A stretch of 64,000 nt of DNA, taken from positions 143,191-207,190 of the forward strand of contig JBAZUT010000003.1 in NCBI GenBank assembly GCA_041661265.1, in the 5' to 3' direction. The position numbers and the translations under genes were made by a program. How positions within the stretch are numbered: position 1 is the stretch's first letter; the number at the start of each line of letters is the position of its first letter. Shown here one piece after another: positions 29,109-39,462 of this stretch. The notes under the pieces were generated by a model, which worked only from the letters and a program-made list of their open reading frames with translations, was not told the DNA's origin and searched no databases. This DNA is from Minisyncoccota bacterium. GTDB taxonomy: Bacteria > Patescibacteriota > Minisyncoccia > JAHIHE01 > JAGLIN01.

Positions 29109-30113
29109 TTGAGCTTTAATTTGCCTACTACAATGTTCATATTCAGAAAAAAAAGACGGCCTTCCGGACGGTTCAAAACACCGATCTATCTTAAGAACCG
29201 CAATTTTCACTATTTCAGCAAAAAAAGAAGCACCATCAATTACAAGATGGTATCTGTGTTATTTCTACTTCTCCTTTTTTCCTATTTCTTTTTCTTTTCG
29301 GGATTCTTCAAGATCAAGAACATTGTTATTGAAAATAACGTCAATCTGAAAAAAGGCGATCTGATAAGATCAACCGAGGAAAGCATTTCAATAAAATTGA
29401 TCGGTGTCATCCCCTCGGATAATTTTTTTATTGCAGATGAAAACTCCATAAGATCTTTCCTTGTCGACAGATATCCCATGCTTGAAAAAGTGGAAATAAA
29501 AAAAAGTTCATACAACTCGCTGACCATTGATGTCAAGGAAAAGGGATCGAGGATCATTTGGTGCAGACCGGAAAACTGTTTTTATCTGGACGGGAATTCT
29601 GTCGCGCTTGCGAACGCTAAAGAAGAATTGAAACTGAAAGACAAACCGATCAAGATATTCGAACAAAAAGAGATCGAAGAGGAGATAGGAGATGAACAAC
29701 CGGATAAAGCCGCAAATGCCCCCGAAAAAGCAACCATATCGACTACAGACCCTTCCGCGGAAAACAAACCCGATGAGGCAAAAAGAGAACCTGAAACTGC
29801 AGTTGAAACTCCCATAAACATCGGTGATCGCGTTGCAGATGCCAAGTTCGTCCAATTCCTGGATGATCTCGACAGGTTGATCGCAAAAAAAACCAGCCTG
29901 CAGATCAAATATTACAAAACAAAAGGAGTGGAAACGAGAGAAATTATAGCATACACCGACAAAAATACCCGCTTATATTTCGACTCTTCGGCGAGCCCGG
30001 ACCTGCAAACTGATTATCTGACGTCTTTTTTGAACGAAAGCGTCGATAAAGACAAGATTAGCGCGCTAAAATACATCTATCTCAAATCGGATAATAAAAT
30101 ATTCTACAAATAG
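29109..30113 (+). CDS. FtsQ/DivIB-like cell division protein (TM anchor plus POTRA-like domain) with a low-complexity acidic insert
   Basis: N-terminal TM helix VSVLFLLLLFSYFFFF, then FKIKNIVIENNVNL...LTIDVKEKGSRIIW, which follows the POTRA pattern. Confidence 0.45.
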   Translation: MSFNLPTTMFIFRKKRRPSGRFKTPIYLKNRNFHYFSKKRSTINYKMVSVLFLLLLFSYFFFFSGFFKIKNIVIENNVNLKKGDLIRSTEESISIKLIGVIPSDNFFIADENSIRSFLVDRYPMLEKVEIKKSSYNSLTIDVKEKGSRIIWCRPENCFYLDGNSVALANAKEELKLKDKPIKIFEQKEIEEEIGDEQPDKAANAPEKATISTTDPSAENKPDEAKREPETAVETPINIGDRVADAKFVQFLDDLDRLIAKKTSLQIKYYKTKGVETREIIAYTDKNTRLYFDSSASPDLQTDYLTSFLNESVDKDKISALKYIYLKSDNKIFYK

Positions 30114-30249
30114 CGCGCCAAAGGCTTGTTCCGCGGACATCCAAAGTTAAACTTTCCGATGCCGCACTCCGTTTTGCCGAGACTTGACAGAACTACTTGT
30201 TCATTGATCCGAAAAGATGCAACGCAGGCATTTCAGAAATATGATAAAA

Positions 30250-30278
30250 TTGTTATTTATTGAAATAAATGTTATAAT
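30250..30278 (+). promoter_or_regulatory. Sigma70-like promoter candidate at the head of the 30.3-42 kb plus-strand gene block
   Basis: TTGTTA, a 17-bp spacer and TATAAT, 30 nt upstream of the ATG at 30309. Confidence 0.3.
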
Positions 30279-30308
30279 TAAGCATATATTTTATATATAA
30301 GATCTTCT

Positions 30309-31013
30309 ATGAACGATGATAATATTAAAAAACGGCCAAGCGATTCTTCCGAAGTTACGGATGAGGCAGAAGAAAGTGAACAAAAAAACAGCAGTTCGGA
30401 TGATGCATATTTCAAAGACATTGAAGAATTGGAGAAGGCGAGAAAAGAACGCGAGGACAGAAAGAAAGAAGAACTGGAAAGATTGCGTAAGGAACGTTCC
30501 ATAAAAGGAAAGGAAGATGATGAAAAAGGCACTGAGGGGAAAGAATCATCGAAGGATGGCGCAATAAAAATCGGAGGACAGTCGGTATCAAGGGTCAAAA
30601 AAGAATTTTCAACGGAGAAAAAACTGTTCAGACATAATAAAATGTTCGGTTTCAGCGGTTCCGGAGCCGTAAAAATAGATAGGGCACTAAAGAAAGCCCA
30701 TATCAATACTGACAAAAGAAGGGATCTCATAGATGCTTTGGCAGCATACAATCCGAGCAAGACACTTCTCAAGAAGAGAGATTTCGTGTTGTTTGCGAGA
30801 AAATTCAAGAGTAAAAATTTTTCCGGGTCGCGATTCAAGCAGGCATCAAAGACCCTTGACATCAAAGGCATGAGAAAGGAATTTTCAAAAAGAGACCTGA
30901 ACAAGTTCAGAATGGCCGTAACCGGAGAATCCGATGCGCACAGATACCAGACAAAGACCGAATTCACTAAGGCCGGAAAACCGGACAGAAACGCGCCTAC
31001 AACAAAAAAATGA
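30309..31013 (+). CDS. Lysine/glutamate-rich hypothetical protein
   Basis: 234 aa, highly charged (KEREDRKKEELERLRKER...) with a basic C-terminus. The overlapping minus ORF 30278..31048 is the Ser/Phe/Leu-rich mirror artefact. Confidence 0.45.
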   Translation: MNDDNIKKRPSDSSEVTDEAEESEQKNSSSDDAYFKDIEELEKARKEREDRKKEELERLRKERSIKGKEDDEKGTEGKESSKDGAIKIGGQSVSRVKKEFSTEKKLFRHNKMFGFSGSGAVKIDRALKKAHINTDKRRDLIDALAAYNPSKTLLKKRDFVLFARKFKSKNFSGSRFKQASKTLDIKGMRKEFSKRDLNKFRMAVTGESDAHRYQTKTEFTKAGKPDRNAPTTKK

Positions 31014-31049
31014 TTATTTTTTAAAAGAAATATTGAAACTTCCTCCATA

Positions 31050-31078
31050 TTGACTAAGTTGGGATATTGTGGTATAAT
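31050..31078 (+). promoter_or_regulatory. Near-consensus extended -10 sigma70 promoter for the giant gene
   Basis: TTGACT, a 17-bp spacer and TGgTATAAT. The TATAAT lies inside the ORF-track N-terminus (MWYN...), which argues that the true start is the ATG at 31112. Confidence 0.5.
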
Positions 31079-31111
31079 GAAAAGTCAATATTTACCCCTA
31101 AATTCAAATCT

Positions 31112-34100
31112 ATGGAATTTCGAGGAAATGAAGACCCTAAGAGTTCAGCTGAACAGCTAAAACGTTTTGAAACTGAAAAAGAAAAATTAGAAACCATATA
31201 TGATTATTTGATCAATGGCAAAGACAAAGAGGGAAACGAAATAACCACCAGGGAGGGCAAGAACAGGGCAAAACAAGATAAAAAAGAAATAAAAAGAAAC
31301 ATTACGGAGCTGACAAATAAAATTAATGTTATATCTGCAACTTTGGGCAAGCATCAGGAAGAAAGCTCAACTGATAAAAAAGAAATTGAAGAGCAGGGCG
31401 ACGACAAAGAAACTGGCGCAGAATATTTCGGAAGCAGCATGGAAGATATCAGCTTGGTTGCAAGCACGATATTGGGTGAAACAGATAAAACTGTTGAGAA
31501 ATTGGACTCCAGAGGATCACAAAATATTCAGAAACTGGAAAATGCCAAAGCAACTCAAAAAGAATTGGGTGAAGCGAAAAAGAATGAAGATCAAATCAGC
31601 AGCGAGAGTAAATCTGAAGCTGAAAAACTCAAGAGTAAGCTTTTAGAGCTGACATTTCCGGAAATGGTCGCGGTTGACGGTTTGGACAATCAACAACTGG
31701 AAAACAAATTAAATGAAGTTGAAAATTTTCTTAAAATAAACAAGATCGATGTTGCATTTGAAGAAGATCAGGAGATAAAGTCTGATGTTGAGAAGAAACT
31801 TTCAAAAGCAATGATTGCGATCGGCGCATACAGAAGGGATCTGCTTCAGAAAAAACTGGGTATCGGTGGGATTGGCGACGACACGAAAATGCCGCCGAGT
31901 GAAAAACTTGAAATTCCAAAGCATATCGACTTGGATTTGAAAAATAACGATAATCTTGAAGCACTAAAGCCAATCCTTGAAGAAGGCAACCACCATGAAA
32001 TTGTAGCGGAAATAATGAAAATTGCCGGACTTAAACCGGAAGAATTGCAAAATTTTGATTACCGGATCGAATCAAACAAGGATAAATCGACAGCAGAGAT
32101 AGTATTCAGCAAAAAAGATTCAATGGATAAAGAATTTACGATTGCAATTGACCTGAGCGGCGGAAAAATTGAAAAAATAACTGACGAAGACCGATTGCGC
32201 ATGTTCAATGAATTGACAGATCTCTTTGCCGAAAGAGGAGACCTGATCAAGCAAAGGAGTAACGCCAAAGACAAAGAAGAGATCCGGAGAATCGATGCGG
32301 ATCTTTCTGCGGTTAACTCCAAGCTTGATTCTTTATATAAAAAAATAGACAGGCCGGAAACAATAAGCGCGTTTGATGATTCCGAAAAAGATAAAATAAA
32401 AAAGATCGGAGAAATTCTAAGATCGGCAAGGGTTACCGACAGTTTTGACTATATGTCAGGAACAGGGTCTGCTGATCTCGTTGAAGATACCATCAGAAAA
32501 CGCGGAGGATTCAAACGTCCCGACGATCCCAAAAAAGAACAGCAAGCACCCCAAGAGAATATCAAAATCGGACAAACATATGAGTGCATTAATCCTTATT
32601 TTGATTTTTATAAAAAAGGTGATTATATCAGAATTGCGGAACGACAGAATAATCAGATCAGCCTGATTGAAGTTGACAGTGACGGCAAACAACTGAGCAG
32701 GTCAATCATTTCAGATAATGATTCAGAAATTGATGAATTTTTAAAATGTTTTAAGGAAATCGATCTTGAGCCTAACTCGAGCGTTAATAATAATGAAAAA
32801 ACTATGGAACAAATACCCATCGAACCTATTTCGGGCGCCGAATCTAACGATGATAACTTATCCATCGAACGTTTTGATTTTGAAAATATCAGCGATAAAG
32901 AAGATTTATCAAATCGCCTGTTTGAATTTGGAAAAAAACTCGAAGAAAGCAATCTGCGGACAGAACGCGAGATTTCAACAGATCTTTTGTTGTTTCTACA
33001 AAACAAAAGCTTGGGCCACTTGGAATCTGCAAAAATGCAAATCGACAAGTGCACAAACGAAAATGCAAAAAATAAACTGCAGGAACTCATTGTGAAATGC
33101 GAGGAGATCGTGAAAAATGAACCAAAACCGAAAGAAGACAATAAAGCGGAAAAAACAGAAACTGAAAAATTTGAAGATATAAGAAAGAAATGGAAATGGT
33201 ATGAAAGTGTAATAGATGGATGTGAAAATCACCCAGATTGGAATATTAAAAGAATAATAGAAAATCTTGAATATTTTACTTCTCATCCATTTTTTAAAGA
33301 AGATTTATTGGAATATGGGCTTGACCAGAATGAAAATAATCGTAAAACGGCAGAAAATATTAGAAATGAAGAATTGAATAAATCAATTAAGATGTTTGAG
33401 AAGTGGATAAGTGTTGAAGATGATTTTATGAAAAAAAGCGAAGAAATAAAAAAGACATATAACGAATCTTCTGGCAATAGAAAAAAGGAAGATATAATCA
33501 AATCCTTAAAAGAGAGTTTGGAAAATTTAGACAGCTCTGTTTTGGATGGCACCGAATTGGAAGATAATGACGAGAATAAAAAAACAGGTCTTGCAATTCA
33601 GTCAAATATTTTTAGAAAACTTTTAGAAGAGCTGGAAGGCAAAAAAGAAGAAATTGCAAAAGCGGAGCCAATAAAAGAAGGGGAAGAACAAAAGCAAAGC
33701 AAAGAACAGGAGAATGGAAGTCTTTTAGGCATAAAAATCAAGACAGCCGAGGATGTCGGAAAAATGACCAATGATGAGTTTATGAGCGCGGGAGGCGAAG
33801 CATTTGCAAAATACGAAGAGCTCGAATCCGGCAAAGATTTTGAAACACTGAAGACCACTGATGAGTTTTTGGTGTTTGCCGGATATCTGAATATTCTAAC
33901 CTCTGAACACGACAAGCGGACGAGGGAAGGAAGGATCGAAGTCAAGAAGCATAGGATCGCTTCCAACGAAGAAATTAACGCGCTTGATATGAAGAGCCTG
34001 CAGGAAGAACTGTCCAGAACTGAAATTTATCTGAATTACATAAAGACAAACAAAAGCCAGGAAGACTGGTTCAGTTCGGAGTTCAGTGACTATGGGCTAT

Positions 34101-36793
34101 ATCAGCAAAAACTTGAAAATAGGATAAACGAAATAAACGAAAATCCCAGCGCGAGACCTGCCGAAACTCCAAAGGAAACAACAAACGAAACAGCAGAGAT
34201 CGAAACAATGAGCGATGAAGATATCAAGAAAGAAACCGATACTGATGCTCTTCAGGAAAAGATCGACGAAACCATCGACTACCTGAAAAATACTGAAAAC
34301 ATATCCGAAGAAGACCATTCGAGGCTTTCCGTGTATATAGATAATCTGCAGATCAGGAAAAGCGAATTGGAAAAGATATTGATCAGCAAGGGATACAAAA
34401 AAATAAACGCGGGAATTAAGGATCTGAATAAAAACATGATACAGATCGAACGGACATCCGAAACACAAGAGATTGAAAACATCAAAAATGCAAAAACCGT
34501 AAAAGAGCTGAGCGATGGAATCAGGAATATCGAAGCCAAGGGCTTTGACGGAAAGGATATCGCCAACATCAAGAAACTGAAAGATGTCATGGAGAACATA
34601 TTCTCTCAAATTGCAGATGAGAAAGGCGGAAAGCTCAAGAATGACGTAAACTCGCCGGACTTCAGGAATATAGTAACCGATTCCGCCAAAGACGCTACGG
34701 CAAAATCGTATATCGTGGCGTTATTTGCAGCGATCGAAAATATCAGATCAGAACGCAGAATTGAATTAAACGTCGGAGATAAAATAAGAATGAAAGAAAA
34801 AGACGGACAGGTCCGCGATGGATGGATCGTGACAAAGATCGACGGCAAAAATGCCGAAGTTCAAAACGATAAAAACGGAGAGATTCTTGAAACGACCCTT
34901 GGCGAATTGGCCGGCTGGCAGGACGATAAGCTTATGGAAGAAGCAAAGAGAATAAAGGATAAAGAAGAAGAGATCAAGCTGAGAGAATATGAACTGCAGT
35001 TAAACGGCGGCGAAACAGAAAAGGACGAGAAACTGAATAAGCTGAAAAGCGAGCTGAAAGAATTAAAGGGAGTTAAGACCGGGAAAGATGAGAAAAAGGA
35101 AGGGCCTCAAACCTATGGGGAAATCGTTGAAAACATGAAAAAAATGGGAGAATTCCTTGAAAAAAGAAAAGTTGAACTTTCAAAGATCAATAGCGACGAA
35201 CAAATACAGAAGATCAAGGACAAGGTCAGCAGAGGCGAGAAATTGAGCGAAAAAGAAACCTCACAATACAAATCGATGTTCATGGCAAAAGACGAGGTTA
35301 CGATCTCCGAGATCGGCATATCTGCGATACAGAACGCAGACCTGTACAAGATCGACCTCCCATCCCTATCGCATGAGGAAGCAATGAAAGTTCTGGATCG
35401 GCGCATAAAAGCCAGTAAAGTGGATCTTTTTCTTCATGAGAAATTGAGAAGCTCCATTCGTTCCTGCAACGAAAAAATATCCCAGATGGATGAGGGAAGA
35501 CGTGGGGTATATGGCGCAATCGCAGACGGCATTTTGCGCGCCGCAAAACATATCCCGATCATAAAGAATTATACTTATCCGAATCTCGAAGCAAAAACAG
35601 AGCAGGAAAAGAAAAGAGAAGAAGGCATCAAAGAGGGAGCGACCGTGAGCATAAAAGAGAAAAAAGGTATAAGTGAAAAATGGAAGATCGTGAAAATCGA
35701 AGGTAATAAGGTTATCGTCGAAAAAGAGAACAGGGCCATGAAAGAATTCAAAGAAAAAGATCTGATGAAATGGAACAGCATAACCGAAAAAGGTAAATTC
35801 AAAAAAGGCGACAAGATTAGGGTCATGGTTGACGGCAAGATCGGAACTGATTGGGTCATCGAGAATGTCGAAGACAATAAGATCTTGGCTGCAAACGATA
35901 AAGCCAAAACGGAAAAAACGGTCAAAAAAGAAGATATCGTCAGCATTCAGGAAAAAGCCGCGGACAAGGAAAGCTTTAAGGATCTCCTGAGGGAACTGAA
36001 TGAGTTAAAAAGCAAGGATCTGGATATGACAAATATCAAAGATATGGCAAGTTTTGACAAGACATCAAAAGCATTGAAAACCAAATTCAATGAGATGTCG
36101 CAAAAAACGTCCTATTTTGAGGGTTTGGAAGATAAAGCGAAGAATGACATTGTGAATGTATTCAATATAGACCTTAATTGGTACAATGAATGCGTCAGAA
36201 AGAAAAAGACTGAAGAGAAAATGAAAGATAGGGAGCAGGACAAAAAAGGATTCAACGACAAAGTAGAGCAGCACAAAAATCTTATAAAAAGACTGCCGGA
36301 TGAACTGAAGGATTTCAAGGAAAGCCTTGAAAAGTTCATTGAATTTGCGAGCCAAACATATCATGAAACAAAATATTCAGACGAACCTGCCGACAATGAT
36401 AATGAGAAAGAAGAAAAGACTCTGCTGAAAAAGATGTTCACAGGAAAAGAGATCAGGGCGATCAAGGACAGTGAAGATGCTGATGAATTGATCGAGGCTG
36501 TTGAAAAATTTAAAACGGAGCTTAAACCTCAAATAAAGGATCATAAGGCCATAGAATCATGCTATTTGGTTTTGGACGATCTTGCCAACGACTCCAAGAG
36601 GAACAAAAATATAAGAAAATATACAAGAGATAAAATAAGGGACGAGATAGAAAAAATCGAAGATGACAATGCAAAGAAATACCTTAGAGCGGTTTTGGAG
36701 AAAATCGACGGACTGATCACGTCAAAAAAAGCTGCTGTTGGAGACAAGCCCAAGAAAACATCGAAAAACAAATCCAAAACGCGGAAAAAATAG
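31112..36793 (+). CDS. Giant (about 1,893 aa) charged coiled-coil protein with four KOW/SH3-like small beta modules
   Basis: Continuous ORF rich in K/E/D heptad-like segments. Four related modules of roughly 45 aa sit near 32570 (GDYIRIAERQNNQISLIEV), 34773 (GDKIRMKEKDGQVRDGWIVTKI), 35636 and 35815 (GDKIRVMVDGKIGTDWVIENV). Confidence 0.6.
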   Translation: MEFRGNEDPKSSAEQLKRFETEKEKLETIYDYLINGKDKEGNEITTREGKNRAKQDKKEIKRNITELTNKINVISATLGKHQEESSTDKKEIEEQGDDKETGAEYFGSSMEDISLVASTILGETDKTVEKLDSRGSQNIQKLENAKATQKELGEAKKNEDQISSESKSEAEKLKSKLLELTFPEMVAVDGLDNQQLENKLNEVENFLKINKIDVAFEEDQEIKSDVEKKLSKAMIAIGAYRRDLLQKKLGIGGIGDDTKMPPSEKLEIPKHIDLDLKNNDNLEALKPILEEGNHHEIVAEIMKIAGLKPEELQNFDYRIESNKDKSTAEIVFSKKDSMDKEFTIAIDLSGGKIEKITDEDRLRMFNELTDLFAERGDLIKQRSNAKDKEEIRRIDADLSAVNSKLDSLYKKIDRPETISAFDDSEKDKIKKIGEILRSARVTDSFDYMSGTGSADLVEDTIRKRGGFKRPDDPKKEQQAPQENIKIGQTYECINPYFDFYKKGDYIRIAERQNNQISLIEVDSDGKQLSRSIISDNDSEIDEFLKCFKEIDLEPNSSVNNNEKTMEQIPIEPISGAESNDDNLSIERFDFENISDKEDLSNRLFEFGKKLEESNLRTEREISTDLLLFLQNKSLGHLESAKMQIDKCTNENAKNKLQELIVKCEEIVKNEPKPKEDNKAEKTETEKFEDIRKKWKWYESVIDGCENHPDWNIKRIIENLEYFTSHPFFKEDLLEYGLDQNENNRKTAENIRNEELNKSIKMFEKWISVEDDFMKKSEEIKKTYNESSGNRKKEDIIKSLKESLENLDSSVLDGTELEDNDENKKTGLAIQSNIFRKLLEELEGKKEEIAKAEPIKEGEEQKQSKEQENGSLLGIKIKTAEDVGKMTNDEFMSAGGEAFAKYEELESGKDFETLKTTDEFLVFAGYLNILTSEHDKRTREGRIEVKKHRIASNEEINALDMKSLQEELSRTEIYLNYIKTNKSQEDWFSSEFSDYGLYQQKLENRINEINENPSARPAETPKETTNETAEIETMSDEDIKKETDTDALQEKIDETIDYLKNTENISEEDHSRLSVYIDNLQIRKSELEKILISKGYKKINAGIKDLNKNMIQIERTSETQEIENIKNAKTVKELSDGIRNIEAKGFDGKDIANIKKLKDVMENIFSQIADEKGGKLKNDVNSPDFRNIVTDSAKDATAKSYIVALFAAIENIRSERRIELNVGDKIRMKEKDGQVRDGWIVTKIDGKNAEVQNDKNGEILETTLGELAGWQDDKLMEEAKRIKDKEEEIKLREYELQLNGGETEKDEKLNKLKSELKELKGVKTGKDEKKEGPQTYGEIVENMKKMGEFLEKRKVELSKINSDEQIQKIKDKVSRGEKLSEKETSQYKSMFMAKDEVTISEIGISAIQNADLYKIDLPSLSHEEAMKVLDRRIKASKVDLFLHEKLRSSIRSCNEKISQMDEGRRGVYGAIADGILRAAKHIPIIKNYTYPNLEAKTEQEKKREEGIKEGATVSIKEKKGISEKWKIVKIEGNKVIVEKENRAMKEFKEKDLMKWNSITEKGKFKKGDKIRVMVDGKIGTDWVIENVEDNKILAANDKAKTEKTVKKEDIVSIQEKAADKESFKDLLRELNELKSKDLDMTNIKDMASFDKTSKALKTKFNEMSQKTSYFEGLEDKAKNDIVNVFNIDLNWYNECVRKKKTEEKMKDREQDKKGFNDKVEQHKNLIKRLPDELKDFKESLEKFIEFASQTYHETKYSDEPADNDNEKEEKTLLKKMFTGKEIRAIKDSEDADELIEAVEKFKTELKPQIKDHKAIESCYLVLDDLANDSKRNKNIRKYTRDKIRDEIEKIEDDNAKKYLRAVLEKIDGLITSKKAAVGDKPKKTSKNKSKTRKK

Positions 36794-36820
36794 CCACCAA
36801 ATAATCAATTAACTAAAATT

Positions 36821-37141
36821 ATGAAACTTATAGACGATAAAATGATCGAGGATATAATAGACTCCCTGGGCCTTCGGTTTCTTTCAGTCGAAAAAAGAAA
36901 TGAGATCTTGACTATGACGCTTGAACTTATCAGCAAGAGGGCCAGCATCAGAATAATTGAAAGCTTAAACGACGTCGAAGTCGGAGAGTTCAGCAACATC
37001 CCCAAAAATGAATTTGAAAAAATAGAAGATTTCCTCATTTTAAAGAATCCGAATGCAAAGACCATATTTGAAGAAGAACTTGCAAAGACCAAGAACGATA
37101 TTTTGAGTTCAAAGATTAACTTAAGCAACAATGAACAATAG
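36821..37141 (+). CDS. Hypothetical small protein
   Basis: 106-aa ORF lying between co-oriented genes. No motif was found. Confidence 0.35.
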   Translation: MKLIDDKMIEDIIDSLGLRFLSVEKRNEILTMTLELISKRASIRIIESLNDVEVGEFSNIPKNEFEKIEDFLILKNPNAKTIFEEELAKTKNDILSSKINLSNNEQ

Positions 37142-37313
37142 CGAAAAAATAAAAAAGATCAAAGAGATCTATGGCGCATTTCACGCCAAAATGAGAGATA
37201 TAATAAAACGGCAGTCCGATCTTATCGAGAAAATAGGCAGGCATTCGGATAACAAGAAGATCGAACAGGTCCGGAATAAGATCAGGAATTTATAATTTAT
37301 CATTGTAAAATAT

Positions 37314-38954
37314 ATGGCAAAACCAGAGGATACTCTTGATGAAACGAATATTAATAAGAAGGAGGCGAAAGAGATCGGCGTCGAAAACGAATCAGGCGGG
37401 GAGGTTTTAGCTGTTGAGACCGAAAAAACGAGGGAAGAAACCGACATGGTTACAAGCGGCGAGAGCATGACCGAAAACAGAATTGCCGCCCTGGAAGCGG
37501 AAAGCGATCCAAAAGCAAGTGAATTTCGCGGCGAAGCGGAAACCATCCAAAATGATCGCAGATCCGCGGAATCAACTCGCGACATGGACTTAGATAGACT
37601 TGAAGAAACAAATGAAACCGGGCAGGAAGCTGAATCGATGGATGAAGCAACGATAAAAAAATTATTGACCACCCTTGATTCCGCAAAACTGGATGCCCCG
37701 GAAAAGAAGAGAGTGCTTGATAAATTGATCGCGTCATACGAGAAATTGTACGGCAGCGCGAATGAGGATGAAAGAACCGCGATATTCAAAGAAAATCCTA
37801 CTCTCCGGGAAATTGTCGGATTGATCAATAAGATAGATAACGACATAAAACAAGCAGGTCCGGGAAACGAGCATGACAATGAGCCTGACACGGAAGATGT
37901 GACCGATGAAACAAATGAGAGCCCTGAATCAGGAGCTGATCCGATCAAAGAAAAGATCAAAAACAATGAGATGCTTTCGGTCGAGGAAGAAAAGATCTTG
38001 TTTGATAAATGCGAGAAGATCATTTTAAAGCAAAGGAACGGAGAGGATATAAGCGAGGAAGAGGTCGCCATGGTCATGATGTACCAAGAAGCTGTCGGAA
38101 AGGGCCTTACAGCCAAAGGCGCGGAAGTAAATGAGTCGGTAGATAAAGACGTGGAAGAAATAAATGCATTCAATGAAAAAAGCAAGGAAGAGAAAGACAA
38201 GGATATCAACGAGAGGCTGGAAAAGATCAAAAGCTCGGGAATAGAACTTAGTGATAAAGCTGAAGATGCTGAGGAACATATCAAGGAACTGGAAAAACAG
38301 CTCAAAGACAGATATGACGAATTTACAAAGATGGAAGAAGATATAGAAAAGATCAGAAATACCGAAGGCGTTGACCAGGAGGGTGCGAGAACATTAAAAA
38401 ACACCATTTCTTCACTGAAAAATATATATACGGACAAGCTGCACATAGAATATTATGAATATTGGATCAAATACCTCAAGGGAGGAGTGGAATCCCTGCA
38501 TGACTCCCATGCAAAACATAATATTTCCATGAATCAGCTGGAGACGCTTGGCGGGGACCTTGAAAGCGACCTTGCAAGCATAGAAAAAGGCGAATCGGAA
38601 GTACTTGCGAAATGGGCACAGTTTATAAAAGATCATCCAAAAACTGGACTTGCGCTTATTACCGCCGCCTTAGCCGCCGGAATCTTACTATCTCCATATC
38701 TTGTAAAATTTCTCGGCGCGCCGGAAATTGCAAAGCTTGGCACGGGAGCATTGGCTCCGCTGATGAAGCCGACTATAGCGTTGGGCGCAAAAGCAGTCGG
38801 AAGTCTGGCGTCGATATCAGGTTCCGTGGGTCTCGCAGGCATATTTCTTTTGCTGACGAACAGCGAAAAGATCGATGATGCCATGGAATCGATCTGGGGG
38901 AAGAAGATCCCCAATTGGGCCTCCTGGGGCCTAAAGAAGAAAGGCCAGAAGTAA
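37314..38954 (+). CDS. Acidic coiled-coil protein with a C-terminal multi-helix membrane anchor
   Basis: 546 aa. A D/E-rich body is followed by a hydrophobic C-terminus LALITAALAAGILL...GSVGLAGIFLLL. Confidence 0.5.
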   Translation: MAKPEDTLDETNINKKEAKEIGVENESGGEVLAVETEKTREETDMVTSGESMTENRIAALEAESDPKASEFRGEAETIQNDRRSAESTRDMDLDRLEETNETGQEAESMDEATIKKLLTTLDSAKLDAPEKKRVLDKLIASYEKLYGSANEDERTAIFKENPTLREIVGLINKIDNDIKQAGPGNEHDNEPDTEDVTDETNESPESGADPIKEKIKNNEMLSVEEEKILFDKCEKIILKQRNGEDISEEEVAMVMMYQEAVGKGLTAKGAEVNESVDKDVEEINAFNEKSKEEKDKDINERLEKIKSSGIELSDKAEDAEEHIKELEKQLKDRYDEFTKMEEDIEKIRNTEGVDQEGARTLKNTISSLKNIYTDKLHIEYYEYWIKYLKGGVESLHDSHAKHNISMNQLETLGGDLESDLASIEKGESEVLAKWAQFIKDHPKTGLALITAALAAGILLSPYLVKFLGAPEIAKLGTGALAPLMKPTIALGAKAVGSLASISGSVGLAGIFLLLTNSEKIDDAMESIWGKKIPNWASWGLKKKGQK

Positions 38955-38997
38955 TTTTGACCCCATATTTTAGTTTTGATATACGTAACATAATCCC

Positions 38998-39429
38998 ATG
39001 ACCGAAACAAATCACGAAATGAGCATCAAATCAGAGATCGAGCTTTTGGAAAAGCAATTGCAGGAAAAAAAACAGGCTCTTGAAAAAGGTCCTGCCGGAA
39101 AAAAGGAAGCTGAAATATCGAAAGAAAACGTGAACGAGGCTGAATTGTCAAACGTTCAGACCGCTACGCAAGCGCAGACAAAACCCGCGCTTACGAGCGA
39201 CGAGGACAAAACTGCCGAGATCAGCACGGACATAAGCAAAATAAAGGACCTTGATGTTTCGCGTCAGGTCAAGATCCTAACGACGTTGGCTTTTGAAAAA
39301 GGGATCCAATATAGCATAAAAGTCGCGCGCGGACTGAACAGCCCGTATCTTCTTGATGAACTTCATGATAAACTGGTGGGAGAACTTCACGACGAACTCG
39401 TAAAAAAAGGAAAATTGAAAGAAATATGA
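38998..39429 (+). CDS. Hypothetical coiled-coil protein
   Basis: 143-aa ORF co-oriented with its neighbours. Confidence 0.4.
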   Translation: MTETNHEMSIKSEIELLEKQLQEKKQALEKGPAGKKEAEISKENVNEAELSNVQTATQAQTKPALTSDEDKTAEISTDISKIKDLDVSRQVKILTTLAFEKGIQYSIKVARGLNSPYLLDELHDKLVGELHDELVKKGKLKEI

Positions 39430-39462
39430 TCTTCGATTAACATCTTAGCCTAATCATAATCT

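Noticed and set aside
30278-31048. 256-aa minus-strand ORF that is Ser/Phe/Leu-rich
   Set aside because: It is the antisense mirror of the K/E-rich plus-strand gene 30309..31013. AAG/GAA-rich coding produces long CTT/TTC antisense ORFs, and the neighbouring operon is on the plus strand.
37181-38446. 421-aa minus-strand ORF that is Ser/Leu/Phe-rich and low-complexity
   Set aside because: It is the antisense artefact of the acidic plus-strand gene 37314..38954. The same applies to the many 60-170-aa minus ORFs inside the giant gene 31112..36793.
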